A stretch of 64,000 bases of DNA from Candidatus Saccharimonadia bacterium (GTDB lineage: Bacteria; Patescibacteriota; Saccharimonadia; UBA4664; SCTI01): contig JBKJLI010000003.1 in NCBI GenBank assembly GCA_046597065.1, forward strand, positions 221,151-285,150, written 5' to 3'. Below the pieces are notes generated by a model. It was not told the origin of the DNA. It did no database searches and saw nothing but the letters and a program-made list of their open reading frames with translations. How positions within the stretch are numbered: position 1 is the stretch's first letter; each line of letters opens with the position of its first letter. Position numbers and translations under genes: made by a program. Below are positions 9,659 through 19,897 of this stretch, in pieces.

Positions 9659-10744
9659 ATGAGTGGAAAGAAAAAGGCCAATTCTCGATTTCCTAGCTGG
9701 TTAAAACTACCAGTTGCAATTATTGCTATAGCCATCATGATTTCGGTTGGTATAATCGGATACTCCAGATATCATCAGTTTAAGCCGGAGAAAATCACCG
9801 ATAACACTAGCTGCTTAAATCCGGCTAGTACCGACTATCAGTGCTTTCAGCAGCATTATAAGTTCCTAACTACAAAAAAGAGTACCGATGTGGCATTTGT
9901 AGATTTAAAGGCCGAGTACAAAACTAACAATTTTGTACGCTCGCAATGCCATCAGTTGACCCACGTTATTGGTCGATCAGCTGCACAGGTGTATCCCGAC
10001 GTGGCTGATGCCTATATACACGGTGACAACTTCTGTTCGTCTGGCTACTACCATGGAGTTATGGAAACGATTATTGCCCAAATTGGTCGCGATAAAGTTG
10101 TGCCGCAAGCTGATAATATTTGTAAAACGTTGCGAGAAAAACAACGATACTCTTTATTTCACTATAACTGCGTACATGGTATTGGCCATGGATTTATGGA
10201 AGTGGAGCAGGATGAGTTGTATAACTCATTGTCTGATTGTGATCATCTAACCGATTACTGGGAGCGGACCTCATGCTACGGCGGCGTCTTTATGGAAAAC
10301 GTCATGGCCTCACAAACCCCAGACAAATCTACCAAATATTTTAAAGCCGACGATGCGGTTTATCCCTGCGACGCCGTTAGTGACGCCTATAAAGAGCAAT
10401 GCTATTTAATGCAAACCTCGCATATTTTACAAACAAATAAATACAATTTTGAGGCCACCTTTGCTGCTTGTGCAACGGTGGCTGAACCGTTTGATGCCAC
10501 CTGCTACCAAAGCTTAGGGCGCGATGCCTCTGGCCAAGCCATTAGTGACGGCCCCCAAACTAAGGCCATTTGTCTAAAGGGCGCCAGCCTATTGGCCCAG
10601 AGTAACTGTGTTGCTGGAGCGGTTAAAGATTTTGTATATTACTTTCATAGTGATAAACAAGGCCATCAGTTCTGTGATTCACTTCCAGCCGATCTTCGAC
10701 AAAGCTGCCACGATACCACCACCGCTTACTACAAGTCGTTTTAA
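9659..10744 (+). CDS. membrane-anchored Cys/His-rich helical repeat protein
   Basis: N-terminal TM, 16 Cys, repeats CHQLTHVIG / GYYHG / CVHGIGHG. Confidence 0.75.
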   Translation: MSGKKKANSRFPSWLKLPVAIIAIAIMISVGIIGYSRYHQFKPEKITDNTSCLNPASTDYQCFQQHYKFLTTKKSTDVAFVDLKAEYKTNNFVRSQCHQLTHVIGRSAAQVYPDVADAYIHGDNFCSSGYYHGVMETIIAQIGRDKVVPQADNICKTLREKQRYSLFHYNCVHGIGHGFMEVEQDELYNSLSDCDHLTDYWERTSCYGGVFMENVMASQTPDKSTKYFKADDAVYPCDAVSDAYKEQCYLMQTSHILQTNKYNFEATFAACATVAEPFDATCYQSLGRDASGQAISDGPQTKAICLKGASLLAQSNCVAGAVKDFVYYFHSDKQGHQFCDSLPADLRQSCHDTTTAYYKSF

Positions 10745-10759
10745 AACCGGAGCCCCATA

Positions 10760-11125
10760 ATGAAAAAGACCATTATTACCATTATCAGTTGCCTACTAGG
10801 AATTGCCTTAATTGGGGGTTCTCTATTTGTGGCGGGGGTTCTTCCATTCAACAAAGAGGCCGCTAGCAATAGCGCGGACCCCGGCACGCCCATCAGCCTG
10901 ACCAATTTAGCCAAGCATGATGGTTTGGGTAATCGTGACTGCTATGTAGCGGTTGATGGTACTGTTTATCTCATTAAGGGCTTTGCTCTCTGGGAAATGG
11001 GCCAGCACACCCCATCAAATGGTAAAGCTAAGTGTGGCCAGGATTTGTCGCAAGTAATCCTCGAGTCACCCCATGGCAAAAGTAAACTTCAGCTACTTAA
11101 GATTGTTGGTAAGCTCCAGCGATAA
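10760..11125 (+). CDS. membrane-anchored cytochrome b5-like heme/steroid-binding protein
   Basis: 'LAKHDG..DCYVAVDGTVY', GQH and PHG histidines, 'GQDLS'. Confidence 0.75.
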   Translation: MKKTIITIISCLLGIALIGGSLFVAGVLPFNKEAASNSADPGTPISLTNLAKHDGLGNRDCYVAVDGTVYLIKGFALWEMGQHTPSNGKAKCGQDLSQVILESPHGKSKLQLLKIVGKLQR

Positions 11126-11128
11126 GAG

Positions 11129-12715
11129 TTAGGCTTCGCTTAAGCGCATTATCTCGGCGATGGTGGTTTGACCATCAAGCACTTTATGCAGGCCGTCTTC
11201 CATAAGAGTAGACATGCCATTCTTAACAGCCGCCGCTTCAACGTCGTGGCTGGTGGTTTGGGTGGGGGTGGTCATCAGCTGCTCGATGTCCGGTGTGATT
11301 GCCATCATCTCGATAATCGCAATCCGACCCATGTAACCCAAGCCGTGGCACTCCGGACACCCTTTGCCGTGCTTTAGGCGTAGGTCGGCCGGTAGCACCG
11401 GTTGGCGCTCTTTCGGTATGGTTGTCATGATCGATTTAATAAACTCGAGCTCGTCGTCGGTTGGGGCATACCTTTCTTGACAGTGCGGGCAGATTTGGCG
11501 GGCGAGCCGCTGAGCAATAATCATACGGATGGCCGAAGCAAACAGCGGGTTTTGGCCGATCATATCAAGCAATCGGCTTACCGCCGCTGCGGCATTGGTA
11601 GCGTGAAAGGTTGATAGCACAAGGTGGCCGGTTAAAGCGGCTTGAAGGGCTGTTTTGGCGGTATCAACGTCGCGTATCTCACCGATCATCACAATATTTG
11701 GATCCTCACGCATTACCGCTCGCAATTTTTCGGCAAAAGACTCCTTATCTTCGGTTTTAACCGGAATTTGGCTAATGCCAGCCAGATCGTACTCGACAGG
11801 ATCTTCTAGCGTCACAATCTTGGTTTCGGGGTTATTCAGGCGGTTAATAATGGCATACAGCGTAGAAGTTTTGCCGGAGCCAGTGGGGCCAACCGTTAGT
11901 ACCAATCCGTTAGGGTGGGTGGTGATGCGATCGATGCGCTGGACTTGCTCGGGTGAAAAGCCCATGGTTGAAAGATCAAAACTGCGTGACTCATCATTAA
12001 ACAACCTGACTACGATCTCTTCGCCATGAAAGGTTGGCAGCGTTTCGATGCGCATATTTACAGAGCGAAAGGTAGAGCCACTGTCCAATAACATAAAGCT
12101 AATCCGGCCACTTTGGGGTTTATCCGAACCCCAGGTTACCTCGGCCCGTGTTTGTAGGTCGCTTAAAAAGATCTTGTAGGCAGCGGTAGCCACAGTAGTA
12201 ATAGGATGCAAGATGCCATCAAGTCGAAAGCGAATCCTGGCTCCATCGGCTTGGGGCTCAATATGGATGTCGCTAGCACCCAGCCAGTAGGCTAACTGGG
12301 CGATTAACCCAAAAGCATCTTTTGGAGCTGCTGTTTCTAACTGCTTGCCAAAAGAAGCAAAGTCTCCATCGCGGACACTTTTAAATGAGCGGTAGTAGAT
12401 GTTGTTGTTGATGTGTTCAAGGCCCGCAGCTGAAATGGTTTTAAACACCAGCTTAATTTTGGGCACTAGTTGCTGTAGCGCAGGTAGCTTAGTTCGATCA
12501 GTACTCGCCGTTAGCCCCAGCTCAATACTGTCATCGCCAAACCGCTCTAGCGGCGCCACAATATACTGTTTCAGTGTAGATAAGGGCAGTTCTGGAACGT
12601 GCGGCGGTACCGTGATTTCGCGGCTATCAAAGTAGGGAATGCCACTAGTTATAGCGGCTTCAGCCGCCTTTTTTTCCTCCAGATCGCGACCGCTTGGGGT
12701 CGGGTGAGTGCTCAT
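11129..12715 (-). CDS. GspE/PilB family assembly ATPase
   Basis: ASDIHIEP, GPTGSGKT, EDPVE, REDPNIVMIGEIRD, CxxC...CxxC zinc site. Confidence 0.92.
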   Translation of the reverse strand: MSTHPTPSGRDLEEKKAAEAAITSGIPYFDSREITVPPHVPELPLSTLKQYIVAPLERFGDDSIELGLTASTDRTKLPALQQLVPKIKLVFKTISAAGLEHINNNIYYRSFKSVRDGDFASFGKQLETAAPKDAFGLIAQLAYWLGASDIHIEPQADGARIRFRLDGILHPITTVATAAYKIFLSDLQTRAEVTWGSDKPQSGRISFMLLDSGSTFRSVNMRIETLPTFHGEEIVVRLFNDESRSFDLSTMGFSPEQVQRIDRITTHPNGLVLTVGPTGSGKTSTLYAIINRLNNPETKIVTLEDPVEYDLAGISQIPVKTEDKESFAEKLRAVMREDPNIVMIGEIRDVDTAKTALQAALTGHLVLSTFHATNAAAAVSRLLDMIGQNPLFASAIRMIIAQRLARQICPHCQERYAPTDDELEFIKSIMTTIPKERQPVLPADLRLKHGKGCPECHGLGYMGRIAIIEMMAITPDIEQLMTTPTQTTSHDVEAAAVKNGMSTLMEDGLHKVLDGQTTIAEIMRLSEA

Positions 12716-12758
12716 AAATTAACTCTACCATATCTGCTACAATACACCCCAGGTCATT

Positions 12759-14084
12759 ATGAACGAAGAAATCATTATTCATCAGGAGGAGCTTGATCGT
12801 CAGCCGTCGCCCAGGCGTCCACGCAACTGGCGTTGGCTAAAATGGGTGCTAGGTTTGCTGTTTGCACTTGGTATTGGTGCGGTGGTGTTTGTGCTGCTCA
12901 ACTTGTTTAAGGTGTCTACCAACCCCTTTGGCTTTGGTCATTTAAAGGGGGAGTCAGACGGCCGCGTCAACATAATGATGCTGGGTGTTGGTGACCCAGG
13001 CCATGATGGTGAAAATCTTAGTGACACTAATCTAATTCTTAGCGTTGATACTGTAAATCATAAAGTCGCCGTTATCAGTATCCCGCGTGATTTACGCGTT
13101 CGAATACCCAGTTATGGCCAGAGTAAAATTAACAACGCTAATGCCCAGCTAGGGGTAAAAGGTGCCAAATCCGTTTTTGAAGACAACTTTGGGGTACCGA
13201 TTCATTACTATGTTAAAGCCAACTTTACCGGTCTTAAGCAAGTAGTTGATGCGGTTGGGGGAGTTGATGTTAAGAACGATTACGCCTTAATCGACACCGA
13301 GTACCCCTGTGACAAGAACCAGTACAAAAGCTGTGGCTTTAAGCTTGCGGCCGGTCAGCATCATTTAGATGGCGCCACCGCCTTAAAATACGTGCGCTGT
13401 CGCAAGGGTACTTGTGGCGATGACTTTGGGCGGGCCGAGCGCCAGCAAGAGGTTATGCAGTCAATTAGGGCCCGCGCCACCTCTGCCGGTACGCTGGCTA
13501 ATCCAGTGGCTCTGGCAAAGCTAATAGCTGCAGCTGGCAGCAACGTACAAACCGATCTGAGCGTAAACAACTTACTGCGCTTAAACGATCTGACAAAACC
13601 CAAAGACGGCGGCCAAATTAATCCAATTAATATTGTGTTTAATTTAAACCCTGATGGATTTTTGGTAGCATCAAATGATTCAAGTGATCTTTTACCTGCC
13701 AGTGGTAGTTTTACCAAGATCCAAGACTTCGTTAAAGATATCTTTAAGTTCGGTCCAATCTGGGCTGAACACCCAACGGTATTAATCGAAAATGGCACTA
13801 CCACTCCCGGAACAGCCGGAAAGCTTCAAAAACAACTACGTGATGACGGCTACAACCTGAATGTAATAGGTGTCATAAATGCCACAACTAGCGACCACGC
13901 CACTACTCTGATAATCGACCACACCTCAGGCCAGAGATCGAACACCATTAACTACTTGCAGGGCTTATTAAAGGTTCAAGCGACACCGCCGGCGTCTCCA
14001 GTTAAAGTACCACCAGCCGATATCGTCATCATTATTGGTAACGACTTCGTAAACGCAACTGCTAAGCCCACAACTCAGCGATAG
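12759..14084 (+). CDS. LCP family protein with LytR C-terminal domain
   Basis: SDT, SIPRD, KIN, 'DFGRAERQQ'; C-terminal 'ENGTTTPGTA...DIVIIIGND'. Confidence 0.9.
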   Translation: MNEEIIIHQEELDRQPSPRRPRNWRWLKWVLGLLFALGIGAVVFVLLNLFKVSTNPFGFGHLKGESDGRVNIMMLGVGDPGHDGENLSDTNLILSVDTVNHKVAVISIPRDLRVRIPSYGQSKINNANAQLGVKGAKSVFEDNFGVPIHYYVKANFTGLKQVVDAVGGVDVKNDYALIDTEYPCDKNQYKSCGFKLAAGQHHLDGATALKYVRCRKGTCGDDFGRAERQQEVMQSIRARATSAGTLANPVALAKLIAAAGSNVQTDLSVNNLLRLNDLTKPKDGGQINPINIVFNLNPDGFLVASNDSSDLLPASGSFTKIQDFVKDIFKFGPIWAEHPTVLIENGTTTPGTAGKLQKQLRDDGYNLNVIGVINATTSDHATTLIIDHTSGQRSNTINYLQGLLKVQATPPASPVKVPPADIVIIIGNDFVNATAKPTTQR

Positions 14085-14123
14085 GGGGTCGTGGCGTCAC
14101 CAGGTTGGTGCTAGAATATGCTT

Positions 14124-14486
14124 ATGCTAGCGATTGAGTTGTTAGGGTGGTGGTACGGAGTTGGGTGGCGTGAGCTGGCCCGGCGGGTGCTTGGCCGGCT
14201 AGAGGCTACCACCGAGACCTTTTCGCTACCGATTCTGTTGCGAACTTTGTTTGCTCCCTGGCGCCGGATTGTAACTTATGCCGATCGCTCGGTCATTGGT
14301 GGTATGCGCGCGGCTCTTGATAACTCGATCTCGCGAATGGTGGGTTTTGGTGTCCGCAGCATCGTTATTATCACCGCCTCAATTTTCTTATTAGTGCAAA
14401 TAGTATTTGGTCTAGTAGCAATTGTGATCTGGCCAATACTGCCGTTAGCCAGTATTGGGCTGTTGTTAAGGGGTCTGCTACCGTGA
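14124..14486 (+). CDS. conserved CPR membrane protein
   Basis: WWY, 'LLRTLFAPWRR', 'DN.ISR.VGF.VR'; overlaps start of next gene; ATG 6 nt after TAGAAT. Confidence 0.75.
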   Translation: MLAIELLGWWYGVGWRELARRVLGRLEATTETFSLPILLRTLFAPWRRIVTYADRSVIGGMRAALDNSISRMVGFGVRSIVIITASIFLLVQIVFGLVAIVIWPILPLASIGLLLRGLLP

Positions 14487-16912
14487 GTGCCGTCCCAACC
14501 CCTGCAGCGGTGACTTTTAACGCTCGAAGTTCGCGTTCAAAGCAAGCCCGCTTGCGTCGTCAACTTAGCACCCGCGTAGCAGGGTTGATCGTGGTTTTTG
14601 GGCTGGCGCTATTAATTAGCGGGCTCGTCGTCGTTAAAACCGGCAACCAGCTTGGCTACAGTGCTCTTGGACTTTTTGGACTGACACTAATGGTGTTTTT
14701 ATGGCAACGTTGGCAGCTGGAGTCATTATCTGTTAAACCTGGATCGATCGTTGTTAGGGGGGTCGCTCTTGATCAAGTACTAGAAGCCGACCTACTTGGA
14801 TCAATCCAATGGCCGGCTAGCCCTGCGGCACTGTGGCAGGCTTCAACCAGTCAGTGGGAAGGGCGCTTCGTAGCCAGCCGCCTTGGAGTACCAATCGATC
14901 TGGCGGGTCAGTTGCTAAGCAGTGCTGGGCCAGAGTCGGGCAGTTCCGAGGTACTGCTAGCCGACGCCATAGCAATCGCCCAATCAGGCCACCATCAAGA
15001 GCTAGATGGAGGTTTGATCGTGGCGGCTACCCTTATAAATACCCCAGCCTTTCAGCCGGTGCTTACAGAGCTTAAAATCGACCGAGTAGACATTATCTCG
15101 GTACTCGAGTGGCAACAACGCTTAAAAGCCGCTATGGCAAGCTTAAGGCAACGCCAAAGTTACGGCGGCATAGGCCGCGACTGGGCCACCGGCTTTACCC
15201 CCACGCTTAGCCGTTACGCCACGAATATCAGCCATGAGGTGGAATCGGGATATTATCGTCATTTGCCCCAGGTTCATGAAGCCGTGGTGGATCAGTTAAT
15301 CATCCAGCTGGCAAAGAATCGTGGTAATGCAGCTCTGGTGGGTGATTTAGGCAGCGGCAAGACCGCTATCGTTTATTCACTAGCGGAACGCCTGATTAAG
15401 GGGCAGAACACCCAGGGGTTGGATTACTACTACATTATGGAGCTTAACGCCTCGTTATTAATTGCATCTGGTAATCGGGTAGAAGAGACTGTATTGCAAG
15501 TGTTGGGGGAGGCAGTTCAAGCCCGTAATATCATAATCTTTCTAGACGAAGCCCAGCTCTTTTTTGGTAGCGGAACTGGGTCGGTAGATCTGTCAAAAGT
15601 ACTGTTGCCAATATTACAACAATCATCAATTAAGCTAATTTTAGCCTTCTCGCCGCACGACTGGCAGGCTCTTAGTGCCCATAATGGGGCCTTGGCCGGG
15701 TTATTGCAGAGACTGGTGGTTACCCAGCCAACACCACCTGATACGGTTAAGATATTAGAAGATGCTGCGATCGGGATCGAACATAACTCAAAAACCGCCA
15801 TAAGTTATGCCGCTATTAAAGAGAGCTATCGTTTAGCCGAACGCTATTTAACAGAGTCTGCCTTCCCAGGTAAGGGCATTACGCTGCTTGAAGCCGCGGC
15901 CAACCATGCCGAAAATCGGGTAGTGGGTCCAAAATCGGTGCAGTTGGCCATTGAATCGATGGTTGGAGCGAAGGTTGTTGGAACTTCACAAGCCGAAAAA
16001 ACCCAGCTGCTGAAGCTAGAAGACCAAATTCATGAACGTATGGTTAACCAGTCGCACGCCGTTAAGGTGGTGGCCGACGCCCTGCGTCGGGCCCGAGCCG
16101 GTGTTCGCAGCCCTAACCGCCCGGTTGGAAGCTTTTTATTCCTGGGCCCAACCGGTGTCGGCAAGACCGAACTGGCTCGAGCGTTGGCCGATATCTACTT
16201 TGGCGGTCAAGATCAAATTATTCGACTTGATATGAGTGAGTACCAGCAGCCCAAAGACGTCGACCGCTTACTTGCAGCTGGATCGAGTAGTGCCGCCGGT
16301 AGTAATCTGGTAGCTTCGATTCGCAAACAGCCCTTTTCGGTGGTTTTACTTGATGAGATAGAAAAATCCCACCCTGACATATTAAATCTTTTGCTCCAGT
16401 TGCTTGATGAAGGCCGCTTAACCGACACCGACGGTCGTCTAGTGTCATTTAAAGATGCCATCATTATCTGCACCTCTAATGCGGCGGCTAACCTAATCCG
16501 CGAGAAGGTGGGTGCCGGCCAACAGTTAGATCAGTTCGAGGAAGAGATAACCGAGAGCGTAATCGGTAGTGGGCAGTTTCGTCCGGAACTGATTAACCGT
16601 TTTGATGAGCTGGTATTGTTTCGTCCTCTCGATAAGGCCGAGCTGGCACAGGTAGTTGGGCATCTATTAACGGAGGTTAACCAGCATTTAAAAGATCAGC
16701 GCATTAGTGTAGAGCTAACAACGGCGGCCACTGCCTGGCTAGTGGATGCCGGTTATGACCCCAGACTGGGTGCTCGTCCAATGCGACGAATGGTTCAGCG
16801 GGTAGTAGAGAACGAAGTGGCCAAACGCATTTTGAATGGCTCAGCGGCCGCTGGCAGTATAGTTAAGCTAGACACACCAGACTTAATTAAAGCGGCCGGT
16901 AGCGAACGCTAG
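14483..16912 (+). CDS. membrane-anchored ClpA/ClpB-like double AAA+ ATPase
   Basis: Two N-terminal TMs; GDLGSGKT/FLDEA and GPTGVGKT/LLDEIEK; RLDMSEY; GARPMRR. Confidence 0.88.
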   Translation: MSAVPTPAAVTFNARSSRSKQARLRRQLSTRVAGLIVVFGLALLISGLVVVKTGNQLGYSALGLFGLTLMVFLWQRWQLESLSVKPGSIVVRGVALDQVLEADLLGSIQWPASPAALWQASTSQWEGRFVASRLGVPIDLAGQLLSSAGPESGSSEVLLADAIAIAQSGHHQELDGGLIVAATLINTPAFQPVLTELKIDRVDIISVLEWQQRLKAAMASLRQRQSYGGIGRDWATGFTPTLSRYATNISHEVESGYYRHLPQVHEAVVDQLIIQLAKNRGNAALVGDLGSGKTAIVYSLAERLIKGQNTQGLDYYYIMELNASLLIASGNRVEETVLQVLGEAVQARNIIIFLDEAQLFFGSGTGSVDLSKVLLPILQQSSIKLILAFSPHDWQALSAHNGALAGLLQRLVVTQPTPPDTVKILEDAAIGIEHNSKTAISYAAIKESYRLAERYLTESAFPGKGITLLEAAANHAENRVVGPKSVQLAIESMVGAKVVGTSQAEKTQLLKLEDQIHERMVNQSHAVKVVADALRRARAGVRSPNRPVGSFLFLGPTGVGKTELARALADIYFGGQDQIIRLDMSEYQQPKDVDRLLAAGSSSAAGSNLVASIRKQPFSVVLLDEIEKSHPDILNLLLQLLDEGRLTDTDGRLVSFKDAIIICTSNAAANLIREKVGAGQQLDQFEEEITESVIGSGQFRPELINRFDELVLFRPLDKAELAQVVGHLLTEVNQHLKDQRISVELTTAATAWLVDAGYDPRLGARPMRRMVQRVVENEVAKRILNGSAAAGSIVKLDTPDLIKAAGSER

Positions 16913-17183
16913 AGCAGCCCTACGTGGCCACGGCGAGGCGTAGTGTGTAGGCCGCGTCTACACAAAGCCCATCGCCATGGTTGTGCGTTGCTGAGAATAG
17001 ACTTGTTAGTTTCAATAACCGTCACGACAGTCATCAATGATTAATTATTTTAAATCAAAATAATACACACAAATTTGGGCGAATAAATTCGAATAATTAA
17101 TAATTTAAAACCAAAATAAATACTTAATATAATTTTAATCAAAGAGTGGAGTAGGCGCTAGTCGTCTGTAACCAAAATCTGGG

Positions 17184-17270
17184 AAATAAAAATAACGGCT
17201 TCGTAAAGCCGTTATTTAGTTGTGTTTGGATTGGTTTTTGTTTTGAGTACTGATTTTGTTCAAGTACCTA
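17184..17270 (-). ncRNA. small RNA candidate (~87 nt)
   Basis: Minus-strand TTGACA(17305-17300)-18-TAATCT promoter; small 5' hairpin; A/C-rich linker; 12-bp terminator 17190-17217 with U-tract. Confidence 0.55.
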
Positions 17271-17756
17271 TTTACAGATTAACGCAGTATCAAAAAGACT
17301 GTCAATAGATTTTTATGACTTTTTTAGAAAATGTTTTAAGTGGAACTGTCTACGTATAATAAATTGCTTGGCAAGTTACTACCAAAGAGCTACTTACGCC
17401 ACGCTTAGGCATTTAAAATACTTTGTGCCATATCGCCAGTTAATTAAGATATTTTGTCCTCAACTTTTGGTAATGTTTTGTGCCACAGTTTTGTATCGCG
17501 TGGGGGGGATAACTTAGTTGGCACTTTGCCCAGCGAACTGTGAGTAGCTAGTTAACTAGGCAATAAAACAGTATATCCAACTACCGTCAGAAAGTTACGG
17601 TAATACCGCCTTATCGTAAGTAACTTACGATAACTCAACTATCAATGTTGGAAAACGCTAACCGGCAGACGAGCAAGTCATTTAAGCCTCAGGCAAGACA
17701 GGCCAGGACGAGAGAGGGTAGCTGTATGCAGCGGTTATAGCTAAGCTCGACGCTAG

Positions 17757-18203
17757 CTAGCCCTTGCTTCTGATTGCCCGGTCGGCCTCGCGCAGCTGAT
17801 CGCGCCGCTTCATGGTTTCTCGCTTATCATAACGTTTTTTACCCTTACCTAGGCCAATTTCTACCTTAACAAAGCCTCGTTCCTGGAACATCGACAGGGG
17901 TACCACTGAGTTGCCCTCTTGTTTAGCGCCAATTACCACCTGTAGCTCCTTGCGGTGAAGTAGTAGCTTGCGGGGGCGGGCGGGGTCTAGCCCAGCCTGG
18001 TTTCCAGCCTGGTTATAGGGAGTAAAGTGGGCGCCATTTAACCAGGCTTCACCATCTTTGGTAGTTACAAAGCTTCCCTTAAGGCTGACATTGCCCAGCT
18101 TGGCACTCTTAACCTCTGCACCAGATAACACCAATCCCGCCATCAGCTTATCCTGGATGGCGTAATCAAAGGTTGCGCGGCGGTTTTTAGCGAGTATCTT
18201 CAT
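17757..18203 (-). CDS. smpB: SsrA-binding protein
   Basis: NRRATFDY, G.EVKS, RKLLLH, GKGKKRYDKRE; start MKILAKN at 18203. Confidence 0.95.
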   Translation of the reverse strand: MKILAKNRRATFDYAIQDKLMAGLVLSGAEVKSAKLGNVSLKGSFVTTKDGEAWLNGAHFTPYNQAGNQAGLDPARPRKLLLHRKELQVVIGAKQEGNSVVPLSMFQERGFVKVEIGLGKGKKRYDKRETMKRRDQLREADRAIRSKG

Positions 18204-18245
18204 GCAGCCATTATACATCTGTCTACAGGTTGCTATAATGGCTTT

Positions 18246-19871
18246 ATGTCGCTATCTGCAGCCCTAATCCCTCAAATTCGTGCCATTATTGCCGCTGCCA
18301 TCGAGCAGCAGTATCAAGTTAGTGAATTTGAGACAGTAATTAGCTATCCCGAACCCAACTTTGGGGACTACTCAACCAATGCCGCCTTTGGGTTATCAAA
18401 AACTCTGAAAATGGCTCCCATCCAGATAGCAGAGGCCTTGGCTGCCAGAATCAGCCACCCCGACATCGAACAGGTTACTGCCATCAACGGCTTTATTAAC
18501 CTGCGCATGAAGCAGTCCTATTGGATCAAGCAGTTGGCAGCAATAAATCGCCAATTTGGTAGCCTTGATCTGGGCGGTGGAGCAAAAGTACAGGTTGAGT
18601 TCATCTCGGCTAATCCTACCGGCCCATTAACTCTCGGTAACGCACGAGGTGGCTATGTTGGTGATGTCTTGGCAAGTGTTTTACAGCGGGCGGGCTACAT
18701 GGTTACCCGAGAGTACTACTTTAATAACGCCGGCACCCAGATTCGTAATCTGGTGGGCTCGGTAAAGGCCGCCGCGGGCCTAATTCCATTAACCGACGAT
18801 CATTACCCCGGTGCATATATCGCTGATTTAGCTAAGGAGTACGCCACCGATCTAACCACTAAATCTGATACTGAGCTGGCTGAGCAGTTAACCAACGCTA
18901 TTTTTGAACGCTATATCCGCCCAGCCATCGACAAGATGGGCATCGATTACGACCACTGGTTTAACGAGAGCGATCTCATTTCATCTGGTGCCATTATTGA
19001 AACTCTAGCAGCCCTCGACACTAAGCAGTTAACCGAGGAACACGATGATGCTCTATGGCTTAAAAGCGGCCAATTAGGGGATAGCCGTGACCAGCGGGTG
19101 TTGCGTAAAGGTAGTGGTGATTACACCTATCTGGCTACCGATTTGGCCTATCATCAGAATATTTTTGAGGTTAGACAAATGGATACCTCGATCAAAATTT
19201 GGGGCTCAGACCATGTTGGCCAGGTCGATTCACTACGTCTGGCGGTTAAGGCACTTTTACCCGAGGCCAAGCTGGAGTTTTTAATCTTGCAGTGGGTGCG
19301 TCTGATTAAGGACGGCCAAGAGATCAAAATGAGCAAGCGGGCCGGAAACTTCGTGACGGTCGAAGAGCTGGTTGATGAGGTTGGAACAGATGTCGCTCGC
19401 TATCTGTTTTTAATGCGCTCTACCGATACTGCCATGGACTTTGATCTGGAGTTGGCTAAAGAGCAGTCGCAGAAAAACCCCTTATATTACGTGATGTACT
19501 CATATGCACGAGCCAACTCTCTTCTCGAGCAGGCGGCTCTGCGCAAGCTGTCACCCTTAAGCACTATTGAAACCCTTAGCGCCCCCGAGGTCGCCCTAAT
19601 TCGCCATCTTAGCCGTTTTCCAGATCTGATTGCAGAGATTGCCACCACCTACGAAGTGCACAAGTTAACCTTTTTTGGGCAGATGGCCGCCCAGTTGTTC
19701 CATGATCTCTACGAGAGCGAGCGCATTATCGACCTAGATAAGGCAGAAGCTTGTAAGCGACTATACGTAATTGATCGCTACCACTGCTTTATGCTGGCTT
19801 TCTTTGATACCCTGGGCATTAAACCTGTCGAGCGGATGCATTCAACCGAGAATATAGCCCCGGCCAAGTAA
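18246..19871 (+). CDS. argS: arginine--tRNA ligase
   Basis: FGDYSTN, VEFISANPTGPL, KMSKRAG. Confidence 0.95.
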   Translation: MSLSAALIPQIRAIIAAAIEQQYQVSEFETVISYPEPNFGDYSTNAAFGLSKTLKMAPIQIAEALAARISHPDIEQVTAINGFINLRMKQSYWIKQLAAINRQFGSLDLGGGAKVQVEFISANPTGPLTLGNARGGYVGDVLASVLQRAGYMVTREYYFNNAGTQIRNLVGSVKAAAGLIPLTDDHYPGAYIADLAKEYATDLTTKSDTELAEQLTNAIFERYIRPAIDKMGIDYDHWFNESDLISSGAIIETLAALDTKQLTEEHDDALWLKSGQLGDSRDQRVLRKGSGDYTYLATDLAYHQNIFEVRQMDTSIKIWGSDHVGQVDSLRLAVKALLPEAKLEFLILQWVRLIKDGQEIKMSKRAGNFVTVEELVDEVGTDVARYLFLMRSTDTAMDFDLELAKEQSQKNPLYYVMYSYARANSLLEQAALRKLSPLSTIETLSAPEVALIRHLSRFPDLIAEIATTYEVHKLTFFGQMAAQLFHDLYESERIIDLDKAEACKRLYVIDRYHCFMLAFFDTLGIKPVERMHSTENIAPAK

Positions 19872-19897
19872 CCACCACCAACTGTATAATGGGGAAT

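Noticed and set aside
17609-17635. dif site
   Set aside because: Only partial similarity to XerC/D arms, and the spacer is 5 rather than 6 bp; kept only as an unexplained palindrome.
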